A stretch of DNA of 50,585 nucleotides from NCBI GenBank assembly GCA_003165495.1, contig PMMB01000273.1, positions 1 through 50,585 of the forward strand, read 5' to 3'. This stretch comes from Gammaproteobacteria bacterium. Lineage in GTDB: Bacteria; Pseudomonadota; Gammaproteobacteria; Steroidobacterales; Steroidobacteraceae. Numbering within the stretch: position 1 is the stretch's first letter; each line of letters opens with the position of its first letter. Position numbers and translations under genes: made by a program. Below the pieces are notes generated by a model that was not told where the DNA came from, did no database searches, and saw only the letters and a list, made by a program, of their open reading frames with translations. Shown piece after piece: positions 1 to 9,193 of this stretch.

Positions 1-629
1 ATCATGGTCAGTTCAAGATGTGTCGCGGGGTTGTCAACCGGGATACGCGCATTCTCCGCCAGCAACACCATCGTGAACGCCACGGCGGTAAAGGCGAGAC
101 TTGGATTGAGCGCGAAGGCCTGTGCAGACAGGCGTTCCGCGATCATCGGCAGCGCTGTGGTTGCGCACTGCAGCGAAAAGACAAAGATCACCACCAACAG
201 TGCGGGCTCGGCGAGAAAGCCGATCATCATCTCGCGGCGTGCGCCGAGCGTGCCGAAGGGCGTACCTATATCCATCGCAGCCAGGGACACAAACACGCGC
301 GCAGTCGCGAGCAGGCCGATCAGCGCGATCGCATCCGCGGCTCGCGTGAATGGCAAACGTGTTGCAATCGAGGGAATCATGGCGGCGGCAGTCACCATGG
401 CGCCGAATACCACGTACGGGGCAAGACGGAATAGTCGCGAAGCGTTCTCCGCTATCACCGCGTCTTTATGAAAAAGTTTCCGGATTCCGCGGTACGGCTG
501 CAAAATACTGGGGGCGGATTTGTTCTGTAACCACGCTCGGCATTGATTCACCCAGCCGATGAACACGGGCGCCGCGGCCACCGCCAATGCGATTCCCATC
601 AATTGCACAATCCAGTCGAATACGTTCAT
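1..629 (-). CDS. hyfC: Hydrogenase-4/formate hydrogenlyase membrane subunit (HyfC/HycD, NuoH-like); N-terminal part only, gene runs off the window edge
   Basis: Absent from the ORF track because it has no stop in the window. My minus-strand translation from ATG 629-627 reads MNVFDWIVQLMGIALAVAAAPVFIGWVNQCRAWLQNKSAPSILQPYRGIRKLFHKD. This matches the HyfC/HycD N-terminus, including the Q-x-YRDI-x-KLF-x-K region. The ATG overlaps the hyfB stop in an ATGA junction. Confidence 0.65.
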   Translation of the reverse strand, partial: MNVFDWIVQLMGIALAVAAAPVFIGWVNQCRAWLQNKSAPSILQPYRGIRKLFHKDAVIAENASRLFRLAPYVVFGAMVTAAAMIPSIATRLPFTRAADAIALIGLLATARVFVSLAAMDIGTPFGTLGARREMMIGFLAEPALLVVIFVFSLQCATTALPMIAERLSAQAFALNPSLAFTAVAFTMVLLAENARIPVDNPATHLELTM

Positions 630-2632
630 AGCATGAGCGCCAGCAAGACGACCAGCGTGACGAAGCTATAAAGTAAATAAGTCGAAATGCGACCTTGCTG
701 CAGCCAAGCCACCTTATCTGCAACTTTATGAACGAGCGCACCCAGAGGCTGATACAGAGCGCGCCAGATGCGATCGCCAATTTCCAAACGATACTTGGGT
801 TTACTGTCGAAGGGGCTGGGCAGTTCCCGAACGATGGCGAAGAGGGGTTGAAACAGGTGTCGAATCGGTTGACCGAATCCTTCCGCCGTGTCTTGCATAC
901 GGCTATTGAGGCCGCCAAAACCGCAATCCCAAGCTGCGCCCTTACGGATGCGCTGGTGATAAAAGAATCGCACATTAATGATGGCCAACATCACGACAAC
1001 TACGATGACTGCAAAGAACACCAGCGGTGCGTAGGACGACTGTCGCTCCGGGATAGGCACGAGTAGCCACCATGGCGCATCGCTTGCCGGCAGTCCACCC
1101 AACCCTAGCTGCCGGGTGACGACGCTGAACAATGCAATCACATTGGTTGGAAGGAAGCCTAAGAGGACGCAGCCGAGCGCAAGCCAGCTGAGTCCGATGC
1201 GTTCCGCAAATCCGGCATCGTGCGCACGTTGAAGGGCGGGCTCCCTCGGCTGCCCTAGAAAAATGACGCCGAAGAATTTGACCATGACATAGCCGGCAAG
1301 TGCAGCGGCAAGCGCGATCAATGCAGCACCCAGCGGCAGCAGCATATTGATAAACGGGTGCGGCACCTTGTACGCGAATAGGAAGGACTGGAGTAATAAC
1401 CATTCCGACACGAATCCATTTAAAGGCGGCAGTCCAGCAATGGCCAGCACACCGACGAGCGTCAGCCACGCAACCCAGGGCATTCGATGAATGAGGCCCC
1501 CCAGGTGCCCAAGGTTGCGCTCCCCGGTTGCGTGCAATACCGCGCCTGTGCCCAAGAACAACAGGCTTTTCATGAACGCATGATTCATTGCGTGATACAT
1601 GACGGCAATCAACGTAAGTGCCGCCGCGGCGCGCATGTTCACGCCCGCGAATACGATCGCCAATCCGAGGCCGGTAAATAGGATCCCGATGTTTTCGATG
1701 GAGGAATAGGCAAGCAGACGTTTCATATCCGTCTGTGCAGCCGCGAAGACGACCCCGTACAGCGCGCTGAAGAGCCCGAGAGAGAGCGGCACCAGCCCCC
1801 ACCACCATATCGGTTGACCCAGTAGATCGAAACTTACGCGAATCATTCCATACAACGCCGTCTTGAGCATGACGCCGCTCATCAGCGCAGAAACAGGAGA
1901 AGGCGCGGCGGGATGCGCTTCCGGCAGCCACACATGCAGCGGTACCAGGCCCGCCTTGCCGCCAAAGCCAATCAGCGCGAGACAGAACGCGATTGTGGCC
2001 CAATGGGGAGCGAGATGCGCGGCACGCATGGCGTCGAACGTGAAATGCCAGCTACCGCCCTGAAGAATGCCAAAGCTCAGCAGGATGGCGATCGCGCCGA
2101 GGTGGGCGATCAACAGGTAAAGAAATCCGGCCTGACGAATTTCAGGAATGCGATGTTGCGTGGTGACCAGAAAGTAAGACGACAGAGCCATGGTCTCCCA
2201 CGCCAACATGAATGCATATGCGTCATCGGCGAGCAGAACGAAACCCATGCTGGCGAGAAACAAATGGTATTGCAGACATAGGAGCCCGGGCGCCGTGCCT
2301 TCACCCTGCCGGAAGTAGCCTGCCGCAAAAATCGAAATACCAGCGGATGCGGCTCCGAGCAAAAACAAAAATACGCTTGATAATGCGTCGAGACGCAGAT
2401 GAACAGGTAAATCCGGCAGCCCGATCGGCAGTACGATCTGTTCGGTGGGGTGACCAAGATTTGTCAACGCGACAACTGCCAACGCGACGCTCAAAAGCGC
2501 ACTCAACGGAAACAGCGTCCGCCCCACGAAAGCGATACTCAGCGGTCGCACCAGCCCTACAAGGCCAACCGTGCACCAGGCAGTCAGCAGCAGCAAAGAT
2601 AGCGTCAAGGGCGAATTGAAACCATAGCTCAC
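626..2632 (-). CDS. hyfB: Hydrogenase-4 component B-like proton-translocating membrane subunit (NuoL/Mrp antiporter-like)
   Basis: 668-aa polytopic protein with an antiporter-like core (WLPEAHPAAPSPVSALMSGVMLK, LLAYSSIENIG). It also carries the HyfB-type C-terminal extension (AAWDCGFGG..QPIRHLF..LQQGRISTYLLYSF). Its length is close to E. coli HyfB (672 aa). Confidence 0.85.
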   Translation of the reverse strand: MSYGFNSPLTLSLLLLTAWCTVGLVGLVRPLSIAFVGRTLFPLSALLSVALAVVALTNLGHPTEQIVLPIGLPDLPVHLRLDALSSVFLFLLGAASAGISIFAAGYFRQGEGTAPGLLCLQYHLFLASMGFVLLADDAYAFMLAWETMALSSYFLVTTQHRIPEIRQAGFLYLLIAHLGAIAILLSFGILQGGSWHFTFDAMRAAHLAPHWATIAFCLALIGFGGKAGLVPLHVWLPEAHPAAPSPVSALMSGVMLKTALYGMIRVSFDLLGQPIWWWGLVPLSLGLFSALYGVVFAAAQTDMKRLLAYSSIENIGILFTGLGLAIVFAGVNMRAAAALTLIAVMYHAMNHAFMKSLLFLGTGAVLHATGERNLGHLGGLIHRMPWVAWLTLVGVLAIAGLPPLNGFVSEWLLLQSFLFAYKVPHPFINMLLPLGAALIALAAALAGYVMVKFFGVIFLGQPREPALQRAHDAGFAERIGLSWLALGCVLLGFLPTNVIALFSVVTRQLGLGGLPASDAPWWLLVPIPERQSSYAPLVFFAVIVVVVMLAIINVRFFYHQRIRKGAAWDCGFGGLNSRMQDTAEGFGQPIRHLFQPLFAIVRELPSPFDSKPKYRLEIGDRIWRALYQPLGALVHKVADKVAWLQQGRISTYLLYSFVTLVVLLALML

Positions 2633-2761
2633 AAGGCATCGACCCCCAAAAGCCGGGAACAGTCGTTGACTGCGTAGAGCAGCCGAACACAGCCATTTGC
2701 GGCTATGGGTGTTTTATTATAATGTCCTGCACATTCACCTGTCACCTGATGTGAGTCCTAC

Positions 2762-2980
2762 TTGGCCATCGAAGATCGCACCGCCCGACTTACCATTTTG
2801 ATTGACCCGCGCAAGAAGGAACTGTTTGAGCAGCTGTGTGCGGAGGAGGACGCGACGCCTTCACAGGTGGTGCGTCGCTTAATCAGACGTTACATCGAAG
2901 AACGCATTGGTAAGCCATGGGTACCAACAGAAGACCGCCCCGACGCTGCGCGTCGTCGCATTACCGCTCGCCGAGCCTAG
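2762..2980 (+). CDS. Ribbon-helix-helix (CopG/Arc-type) DNA-binding protein, orphan
   Basis: 72 aa with a TTG start. It has the N-terminal beta-strand plus helix pattern (ARLTILIDPRKKELFEQLCAEEDATPSQVVRRLIRRYI) typical of RHH proteins. No toxin-like partner is adjacent. Confidence 0.55.
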   Translation: MAIEDRTARLTILIDPRKKELFEQLCAEEDATPSQVVRRLIRRYIEERIGKPWVPTEDRPDAARRRITARRA

Positions 2981-3323
2981 GCTCGAACGCGCTGTCGGCA
3001 ATCACGGGTAGGCCCGCTGCTTTCCAGGCTGCTATGCCGCCCCCCATGTGAGCGGCATTAACCTGGCCTGCAGCGAGACGCCGCTCCGCTGCCACAAGCG
3101 ATCGCTTTCCGCTCCCGCAGTGAAAGACGATTCGCCGCGATCCATCGTCAGGCAGAGCGGTGGCGTCGAATGTCGAGAGCGGATAGAGAAGCGCCCCAGG
3201 AATGCGCTCTGACGCATACTCTGAGGGCTCGCGAACATCGATGAGGAGTAATTTACCGGCATTTAGAAGGCGTGCAACCTCAGCGGCATCCAGGGTTTCT
3301 ATCGGTGTCACATGCGTGGTCAT
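2961..3323 (-). CDS. Single-domain rhodanese-like sulfurtransferase
   Basis: Motifs LLIDVREPSEYASERIPGA and the active-site loop HCGSGKRS. I place the start at the internal ATG 3323, which is preceded by GGAGG. The longer ORF reaching 3398 overlaps a USP gene remnant. Confidence 0.8.
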   Translation of the reverse strand: MTTHVTPIETLDAAEVARLLNAGKLLLIDVREPSEYASERIPGALLYPLSTFDATALPDDGSRRIVFHCGSGKRSLVAAERRLAAGQVNAAHMGGGIAAWKAAGLPVIADSAFEPRLGER

Positions 3324-3402
3324 TTGGGGCCTCCTTTTTCTCAACGCGACGACAACATCGATGTAACAGCACTCGTCATCAGCGGCGATCCGCTGCATGA
3401 GT

Positions 3403-3456
3403 TGCGACTCGCTCGTGGTTAAATCGCCGGACTTCGCGCAGAATCTTACATTCTAG
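3403..3456 (+). pseudogene. Remnant of the last 17 codons of a tandem-USP gene (paralog of 42446-43381)
   Basis: Translates to CDSLVVKSPDFAQNLTF-stop, against PCDALVVKSPDFSQNLLF-stop at the end of the USP at 42446-43381. Nucleotide identity across the USP-end/ADH-start junction is about 79%. Confidence 0.6.
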
Positions 3457-3483
3457 GGGGTTTTGTTCAAAGGGTGTCGTTCG

Positions 3484-4470
3484 ATGCATGCGATGGTATT
3501 ACGTGCTCGAGGAGCACCGTTAATTCTGGAGGAGAGGCCAGATCCTGTACCCGGGGCTGGCGAGATTCGGATTCGTGTCGAGGCCTGCGCCGTCTGCCGG
3601 ACGGATTTGCACGTCATTGACGGCGAATTACCCAATATCCACTATCCCATCGTTCCCGGGCACGAAATCGTAGGCGTTGTGGAGGCTCTCGGCCCCGGCT
3701 CCCGCATCTTGTCGATTGGGCAGCGCGTGGGGATACCTTGGTTGGGAAAGACCTGCGGGCATTGCGAATACTGCATTTCTAATCGCGAGAATCTCTGCGA
3801 TGTGCCGATCTTTACCGGATATAACCGGGACGGCGGCTTTGCCACGCATGTCGTTGCGGACGCCGCCTTTGCAATTCCGATGGATGCATTTGCTGATCCG
3901 GTTGCGGCGGCACCGCTGCTCTGCGCCGGTTTGATCGGCTGGCGCTCGCTGGTTGCCGCGGGAGAAGGCAAAACGATCGGTTTGTATGGTTTTGGCGCCG
4001 CCGCACATATCATTACGCAAGTGTGCCGGTGGCAGGGACGCGAGGTTTTTGCATTCACGCGCGCGGGTGATCTGGCAGCACAGGCCTTTGCGCGTTCTCT
4101 CGGGGCTATGTGGGCGAGCGCCTCCGAGGACACGCCACCCAAACTTTTGGATGCTGCCATTATCTTTGCGCCCGTGGGCGAGTTGATCCCGGCGGCACTC
4201 AAAGCCGTGAAGAAAGGCGGAAGAGTTGTGTGCGGTGGCATTTACATGAGCGATATTCCGTCATTCCCTTACAATATCTTGTGGGAAGAACGTCAGCTCG
4301 TCTCGGTGGCCAACCTTACTCGGCACGACGCGGCTACGTTCTTGCCGCTGGCGCAAAAGGCCAAGATACAGACATCGACGACACGATATCCGCTGCAATC
4401 CGCGAATAATGCGGTGAGCGACCTGCGCAACGGTCGTATTCAAGGGGCGGCCGTTCTCATAGCAACGTGA
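3484..4470 (+). CDS. Zinc-dependent alcohol dehydrogenase (MDR superfamily)
   Basis: MHAMVL start, catalytic and structural Zn motifs (CAVCRTDLH, GHEIVG, CGHCEYCISNRENLC), and a Rossmann GLYGFGAAAH motif. Confidence 0.9.
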   Translation: MHAMVLRARGAPLILEERPDPVPGAGEIRIRVEACAVCRTDLHVIDGELPNIHYPIVPGHEIVGVVEALGPGSRILSIGQRVGIPWLGKTCGHCEYCISNRENLCDVPIFTGYNRDGGFATHVVADAAFAIPMDAFADPVAAAPLLCAGLIGWRSLVAAGEGKTIGLYGFGAAAHIITQVCRWQGREVFAFTRAGDLAAQAFARSLGAMWASASEDTPPKLLDAAIIFAPVGELIPAALKAVKKGGRVVCGGIYMSDIPSFPYNILWEERQLVSVANLTRHDAATFLPLAQKAKIQTSTTRYPLQSANNAVSDLRNGRIQGAAVLIAT

Positions 4471-4529
4471 AGCAAGTAAAGCGTAGGCATCTCTCCCAAA
4501 GCAGCGTCAATGGACCGCGACGTAAGACC

Positions 4530-5801
4530 ATGCTCTGGAATTTTTGGACCCGCTTGAAAGAGCATCCCTTGGCGCGGGTGGGACCCGGTCTCATCACCGG
4601 TGTCGCAGACGACGATCCGAGCGGCATCGCCACTTACTCCCAGGCGGGCGCACAATTCGGGCTCAACATGTTGTGGACGATGCCGCTGGCTCTGCCCCTG
4701 ATGGTCGCGCTCCAGTACATGTGTGCATCGATCGGTCGGGTCACCGGGAAAGGGCTTGCCGCCAACATAAAGGACGCGTTCCCGCCCATTGTCATCAAGG
4801 CGGTCGTGTTATTGCTGCTGATCGCCAACACGCTGAACATTGCCGCGGACGTCGCCGCGATGGGAGAGGTCGCAGAACTGGTCACTGGGTTCAAGCGCCA
4901 TCTCATGACGGCGTTTTTCGTGATCGGAACGCTGCTGTTGCAGCTATTCATCCCGTATCATCGTTACGTACGTATTTTGAAGTGGCTGACCCTCAGCTTG
5001 CTGGCCTACGGCGCCGTATTGTTCACGGTTCACGTCCCCTGGGGCCAGGTGGCGCTGCGTACGATCTGGCCCGACTTCACGCCCAATGCGACTGCCGCTG
5101 CGGTCGTGGTCGGCGTCTTCGGCACCACTATCAGTCCCTACTTATTTTTCTGGCAGGCGTCCGAAGAGGTTGAGGACATGCAGGCAGGACAAGGAACTGC
5201 GCCGCTCGCGAGCGATCCGCGTGCGGCAGGAACAGAACTGCGCCGCATTCGATGGGATACTTGGAGCGGCATGTTTTACTCCAACCTCACGGCGTACTTC
5301 ATTATCCTGGCGACGGCGGTCACACTCCACACTGCGGGAATTACCGACATCAATACGGCGGCGCAGGCGGCCAGTGCACTTCGTCCACTGGCGGGCGACT
5401 TTGCGTTCATCCTCTTCGCTTTAGGGATTCTTGGCGTAGGCCTGATCGGCGTGCCGGTTCTCGCGGGCTCGGGCGCTTACGCGTTTGCCGAAGCCATGGG
5501 TTGGAGCTCGGGTCTCGAACGCAAGGTGACCGACGCTCGAGGCTTCTACGGCGTCATTGCGGTCAGTGTGCTTGCCGGGCTCGCCATCCAGTACTTGCCG
5601 ATCAGTCCTATGAAGGCCTTATTCTGGAGCGCGGTCATCAATGGGATCGTCGCGGTGCCCCTCATGGTGGTGATCATCCTGCTGGTCTCGAAGAAGTCGG
5701 TCATGGGCGCTTTCACCGCGAGCCGGCCGTTCATCATTCTCGGGTGGATCGCAACCGCGGTCATGGGTGCGGCGGCGGTGTGGATGTTCATTCCCGGCTA
5801 G
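4530..5801 (+). CDS. Nramp/SLC11-family cation transporter with non-canonical metal-site motifs
   Basis: Nramp-like TM1 (GPGLITGVADDDPSGIATYSQAG) and TM6 (GVFGTTISPYLFFWQAS). The canonical DPGN and MPH motifs are replaced by DPSG and SPY. I chose the start at MLWNFW. Confidence 0.8.
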   Translation: MLWNFWTRLKEHPLARVGPGLITGVADDDPSGIATYSQAGAQFGLNMLWTMPLALPLMVALQYMCASIGRVTGKGLAANIKDAFPPIVIKAVVLLLLIANTLNIAADVAAMGEVAELVTGFKRHLMTAFFVIGTLLLQLFIPYHRYVRILKWLTLSLLAYGAVLFTVHVPWGQVALRTIWPDFTPNATAAAVVVGVFGTTISPYLFFWQASEEVEDMQAGQGTAPLASDPRAAGTELRRIRWDTWSGMFYSNLTAYFIILATAVTLHTAGITDINTAAQAASALRPLAGDFAFILFALGILGVGLIGVPVLAGSGAYAFAEAMGWSSGLERKVTDARGFYGVIAVSVLAGLAIQYLPISPMKALFWSAVINGIVAVPLMVVIILLVSKKSVMGAFTASRPFIILGWIATAVMGAAAVWMFIPG

Positions 5802-6479
5802 GCTCTGAGGCGCGGCGTGCGCGCTCGGCAGGGCCGCGTTTGCTCCCAGGTCGAGCTCGGTCAGCAACACGTCCTCTCCAGAGTGCAACCCAGCCGCATT
5901 GCCTTCGTCGGCGTCGAGATGCAACTCAAGTCGATATTCGGGCGAGACTCGCACGACGACGTCGCCGAATACCACCCTGCGATGGTTGGTAACAACGGCG
6001 ACGGCTACCGAATCCTGGTCCTTTAGTCCAAGCACGTCAGCGTCGGCGGGGGTCATGTGGATGTGGCGCAACGCGCAGATCACGCCGCACGCGAGCGTCA
6101 CGCAGCCCGCAGGGCCTTCGATGGCAATACCCGGCGTATCGGCAAGATCCCCCGATTCACGTACTGGTGCATCGATTCCCAGCATTATTTCATCCGTGCG
6201 CGATAGCTCTACCTGATCTTCCAATCGGGGCGGACCGACGATACGAACATGGCTTAGATGACCTCGCGGCCCAACCAGTGTCACGGTTTCCTCCGCGGCG
6301 TATTGTCCAGGTTGCATCAGCGACGAATGAACACGTAGAGAGTAGCCAGGCCCGAAAAGTCGGTCGATCGACCCTTGCGTCAAGTGCACGTGCCGGGCGG
6401 AAATGGCCACGGGAATCTGCGCCAGCCCAGGATGCAGGCGATTCGCTGCGCGTGATGCGTACTTGTTTTCGGATGTCAC
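5619..6479 (-). CDS. pduL: Phosphate propanoyl/acetyl-transferase PduL family, with an unusual ~60-75 aa C-terminal extension
   Basis: Two PduL repeats (ISARHVHLTQGSIDRLFG and ALRHIHMTPADADVLG) and RVSPEYRLELHLDADEGNAAG, aligning to S. enterica PduL. The ORF continues past the normal end and overlaps the convergent Nramp gene by 183 nt. Confidence 0.8.
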   Translation of the reverse strand: MTSENKYASRAANRLHPGLAQIPVAISARHVHLTQGSIDRLFGPGYSLRVHSSLMQPGQYAAEETVTLVGPRGHLSHVRIVGPPRLEDQVELSRTDEIMLGIDAPVRESGDLADTPGIAIEGPAGCVTLACGVICALRHIHMTPADADVLGLKDQDSVAVAVVTNHRRVVFGDVVVRVSPEYRLELHLDADEGNAAGLHSGEDVLLTELDLGANAALPSAHAAPQSLAGNEHPHRRRTHDRGCDPPENDERPARGESAHDRLLRDQQDDHHHEGHRDDPIDDRAPE

Positions 6480-6576
6480 AATGTTACGTTACGCGACGCC
6501 GACAGGCTGGCTCGCGCTGCTCGAACTCTCTCGCGACTCGTGAAGCAATTATCCAGATGGCGGTTTGTATGACCCA

Positions 6577-8130
6577 TTATTGTTCTTTCGGCGCACCGGC
6601 ACCAAGGTCGCCTCGCTCGACGTTCCACCACCCGCCGCCGAGGGCCGCAAATAGAGCAACCGTATCCTGATAGCGGACGGCGATCGCTTGAATGTCGGCG
6701 ATGGTCGCTAGGTGGTATTGCGTATCGGCGTTCAAGACGTCGAGATAAGTCGCAAGCCCTGCCTGGTAGTTGGCCTGAATCAGGTGTAGCGCTTGATCTG
6801 CGGCTGCGAGCGATTCATCCTCGGCGAGCAGTGATCGGGCGTCGTGATCGAGCGCACGAAGGGAGTCAGCGACTTGTTCAAAGGCGCCCAGCACGGTCTG
6901 ACGATATAACGCCATCGCCTGCCGATAATTCTCGAGCGCTGCTTTGCGCCTGAACCAGAGTGTTCCGCCTTCGAACAGCGGCGCCGTGGCGTCGGCGCCG
7001 ATGCTCCACGCTTTGCCATTGGCCGGAAACAGCATACTGGTCGAATTGCTCGCGGCCTGAAGGCCACCATTCAGCGTCACGCTGGGTAGCAGCGCGGCGG
7101 TGGCCACACCAATGTTGGCGCTGGCCGCATGAGCCGCCGCCTCCGCGGCAAGGATGTCCGGCCGTTGGCGAACGAGTGCAGACGGCAAACTGACCGGTAG
7201 GTCGTTTGGCAACGTGAGATCTCTCAAACTCACGTCGGGCGCCCTCCATTCGGCCGGCACATGGCCCGTCAGAGCTGTTAGCAAATGACCGCTTTGCGTG
7301 GACTTCTGTTCGAGTTGCGGAATCGTCGCTTCGTAGGAGGCAAGCTGGCTGCGCAAACTCAAGACGGTCGAATACGGCACCGTCCCGGCTTGCGCCTGGA
7401 TTTCAGCGAGCTGAACTTGCTCTTTTTGGAGTTCGATGAGCTGTTTGGTGGCATCGACTTCGGCGCGATAAGCGGCCCGGGCGATGACCGTGTTGACGAT
7501 ATTGCCTGTGAGCGCGAGATAAGCCGCCAGTTCGTTGGCGTGGGCCACATCCACCTCAGCGTGTAACCCTTCGACGAGGCGCCGCTGACCGCCAAAGACG
7601 TCCAAGGCGTAGCTGACACTCGTCGATAAGGTGAACAGATTGAATACGGTCCCTGGCACTTTCTCCCCAATGTTGGCAGAGGTGTACCGCTCGCGCGCGA
7701 CTCCGATATCGGCGTCGACTGCCGGATCGAAAATGCCATATCCGCTGCGCAAGTTATCTTGGCTCGCTTTAAGGGTCGCTTGCACCGCGTCGAGACCGGG
7801 GTTATTGGCGATCGCCTCGGTAATGATTGCGTCGAGCTTCGATGACTGGAACAGGTGCCACCATTCGGCCGTGACCGCCTTTCCCAATTCGAATCGCTGC
7901 ACGCTGCCCTCAACGGAAACGGTCTCGGTGGATTCCGTGCCGTGCGAATACTGCGTCACGTGCGGCGCATCAGGGCGATGAAAATTCGGGCCCACTGCAC
8001 AGCCGCACACGAGAAGTAGCACGGCGATGCCGCCGACAAACGTGCGCCAAGACCCCTGCAGCGCGTGTACTCGCGCCGCCATTCGCCGCCGTGCGGCTTT
8101 GAGCTGCCTACTTAGCGCTAACATAGACAT
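6577..8130 (-). CDS. Efflux outer-membrane factor lipoprotein, NodT family (TolC-like)
   Basis: Lipobox LLVCGC followed by AVGPNFHRP, the NodT signature. Two TolC-like repeats, 517 aa. Confidence 0.9.
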   Translation of the reverse strand: MSMLALSRQLKAARRRMAARVHALQGSWRTFVGGIAVLLLVCGCAVGPNFHRPDAPHVTQYSHGTESTETVSVEGSVQRFELGKAVTAEWWHLFQSSKLDAIITEAIANNPGLDAVQATLKASQDNLRSGYGIFDPAVDADIGVARERYTSANIGEKVPGTVFNLFTLSTSVSYALDVFGGQRRLVEGLHAEVDVAHANELAAYLALTGNIVNTVIARAAYRAEVDATKQLIELQKEQVQLAEIQAQAGTVPYSTVLSLRSQLASYEATIPQLEQKSTQSGHLLTALTGHVPAEWRAPDVSLRDLTLPNDLPVSLPSALVRQRPDILAAEAAAHAASANIGVATAALLPSVTLNGGLQAASNSTSMLFPANGKAWSIGADATAPLFEGGTLWFRRKAALENYRQAMALYRQTVLGAFEQVADSLRALDHDARSLLAEDESLAAADQALHLIQANYQAGLATYLDVLNADTQYHLATIADIQAIAVRYQDTVALFAALGGGWWNVERGDLGAGAPKEQ

Positions 8131-9193
8131 CCACCAGTTGCCCCGGGTAGAGGTTAAGATTTTTCGTGCTTGCGAAGCGGAAGATCAATGGCAGCACCCG
8201 CAGATCCACCCGCTCTTGGCGTGCATCGGAGAGTTCGATCTTTGGCGAGACATAGGGCTGAATGCGCGTAAAAGTCAGGGGCACATGCGTGTCGGTTCCG
8301 CGGATGAACATCTCGGCGCTCATCTTGGCCGGATCGGCCAAGCGGTGAATCAATATCTCATCAACGTACACCCGCACTTGGAGATTATCGTCCGGTGTGC
8401 TCATGACGATGAGCGGGTTCATGCCCCCGGTATAGGAATCGTAGGCGCCCTGCGCTGACGCATAGCTGCCCACTGCGGCCTGAATCGAGCGAATCACACC
8501 GTCGGTAGGCGCCCTTATCGCATATTTACCGAGCAGCGCCGCTGAAGCTGCGTACGCTTTCGATAGGGCGGCAACTTGCTTTTCCTGATTGCGAATGTCG
8601 AATACCCAGGCACCCGCCTTGGTGAGGCTGTATTGCTTCTGGATGACTTCGAGGTTCGTTGCCGCTATCTTTTCGGCGTTCCTGGCGTTGTCCAGGGTAT
8701 CGCGGCTCACCGATTTCGCTTCAATGGCGTAGGACTGTTCCTGCTTGGCTAGCTGGTCTTGCGCGTTCTTGAGGGTCGCCAGCGCGTTATCGACTTGGGC
8801 GGCGGCGACGGCTAGAGTTTCCCGCCGGGGCTCCGCTTGGAGTTCCTCCAGCAGGGCCCGCGCCGCGTCCGCCTGCGATTGCTGCTGTTCGGTCGTCGCC
8901 CGCTGCACCGAGTCGTCGATGGTTAGCAGAAGATCACCTTTGTGGACCTTCGCGCCTTCATCAACCAAAACCCGCGTGATCGGTCCGGCGACTTCCGGGT
9001 AGATGTTGATATTCTCACCCTGCGCCTGAACGCTCTCGATGATGCCATTGGCATAAATCCCTTTTGTGTATGGGTTGGCCGCTGGATTGAACGCCGGCGG
9101 CAGCGCTTTTGGTTGCTGGCCGGCAATGAAGGCGCTGATGAGCGCAAACGTCAAGCCGATGCCTGAGACGATAAAGATGGCTTTACTGCGCAT
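8108..9193 (-). CDS. HlyD/DevB-type periplasmic adaptor (membrane fusion protein)
   Basis: N-terminal TM helix, lipoyl-like motif (GPITRVLVDEGAKVHKGDLLLTIDD), a long coiled-coil and a beta-barrel C-terminus. It overlaps both neighbours in the operon. Confidence 0.85.
   Translation of the reverse strand: MRSKAIFIVSGIGLTFALISAFIAGQQPKALPPAFNPAANPYTKGIYANGIIESVQAQGENINIYPEVAGPITRVLVDEGAKVHKGDLLLTIDDSVQRATTEQQQSQADAARALLEELQAEPRRETLAVAAAQVDNALATLKNAQDQLAKQEQSYAIEAKSVSRDTLDNARNAEKIAATNLEVIQKQYSLTKAGAWVFDIRNQEKQVAALSKAYAASAALLGKYAIRAPTDGVIRSIQAAVGSYASAQGAYDSYTGGMNPLIVMSTPDDNLQVRVYVDEILIHRLADPAKMSAEMFIRGTDTHVPLTFTRIQPYVSPKIELSDARQERVDLRVLPLIFRFASTKNLNLYPGQLVDVYVSAK

Noticed and set aside
975-2003. 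342-aa ORF within hyfB on the same strand in an alternative frame. Similar alternative-frame ORFs occur at 466-975, 2110-2457 and 2301-2696.
   Set aside because: The HyfB frame is continuous and homologous end to end. The alternative frames are Arg/Cys-rich and have no motifs.
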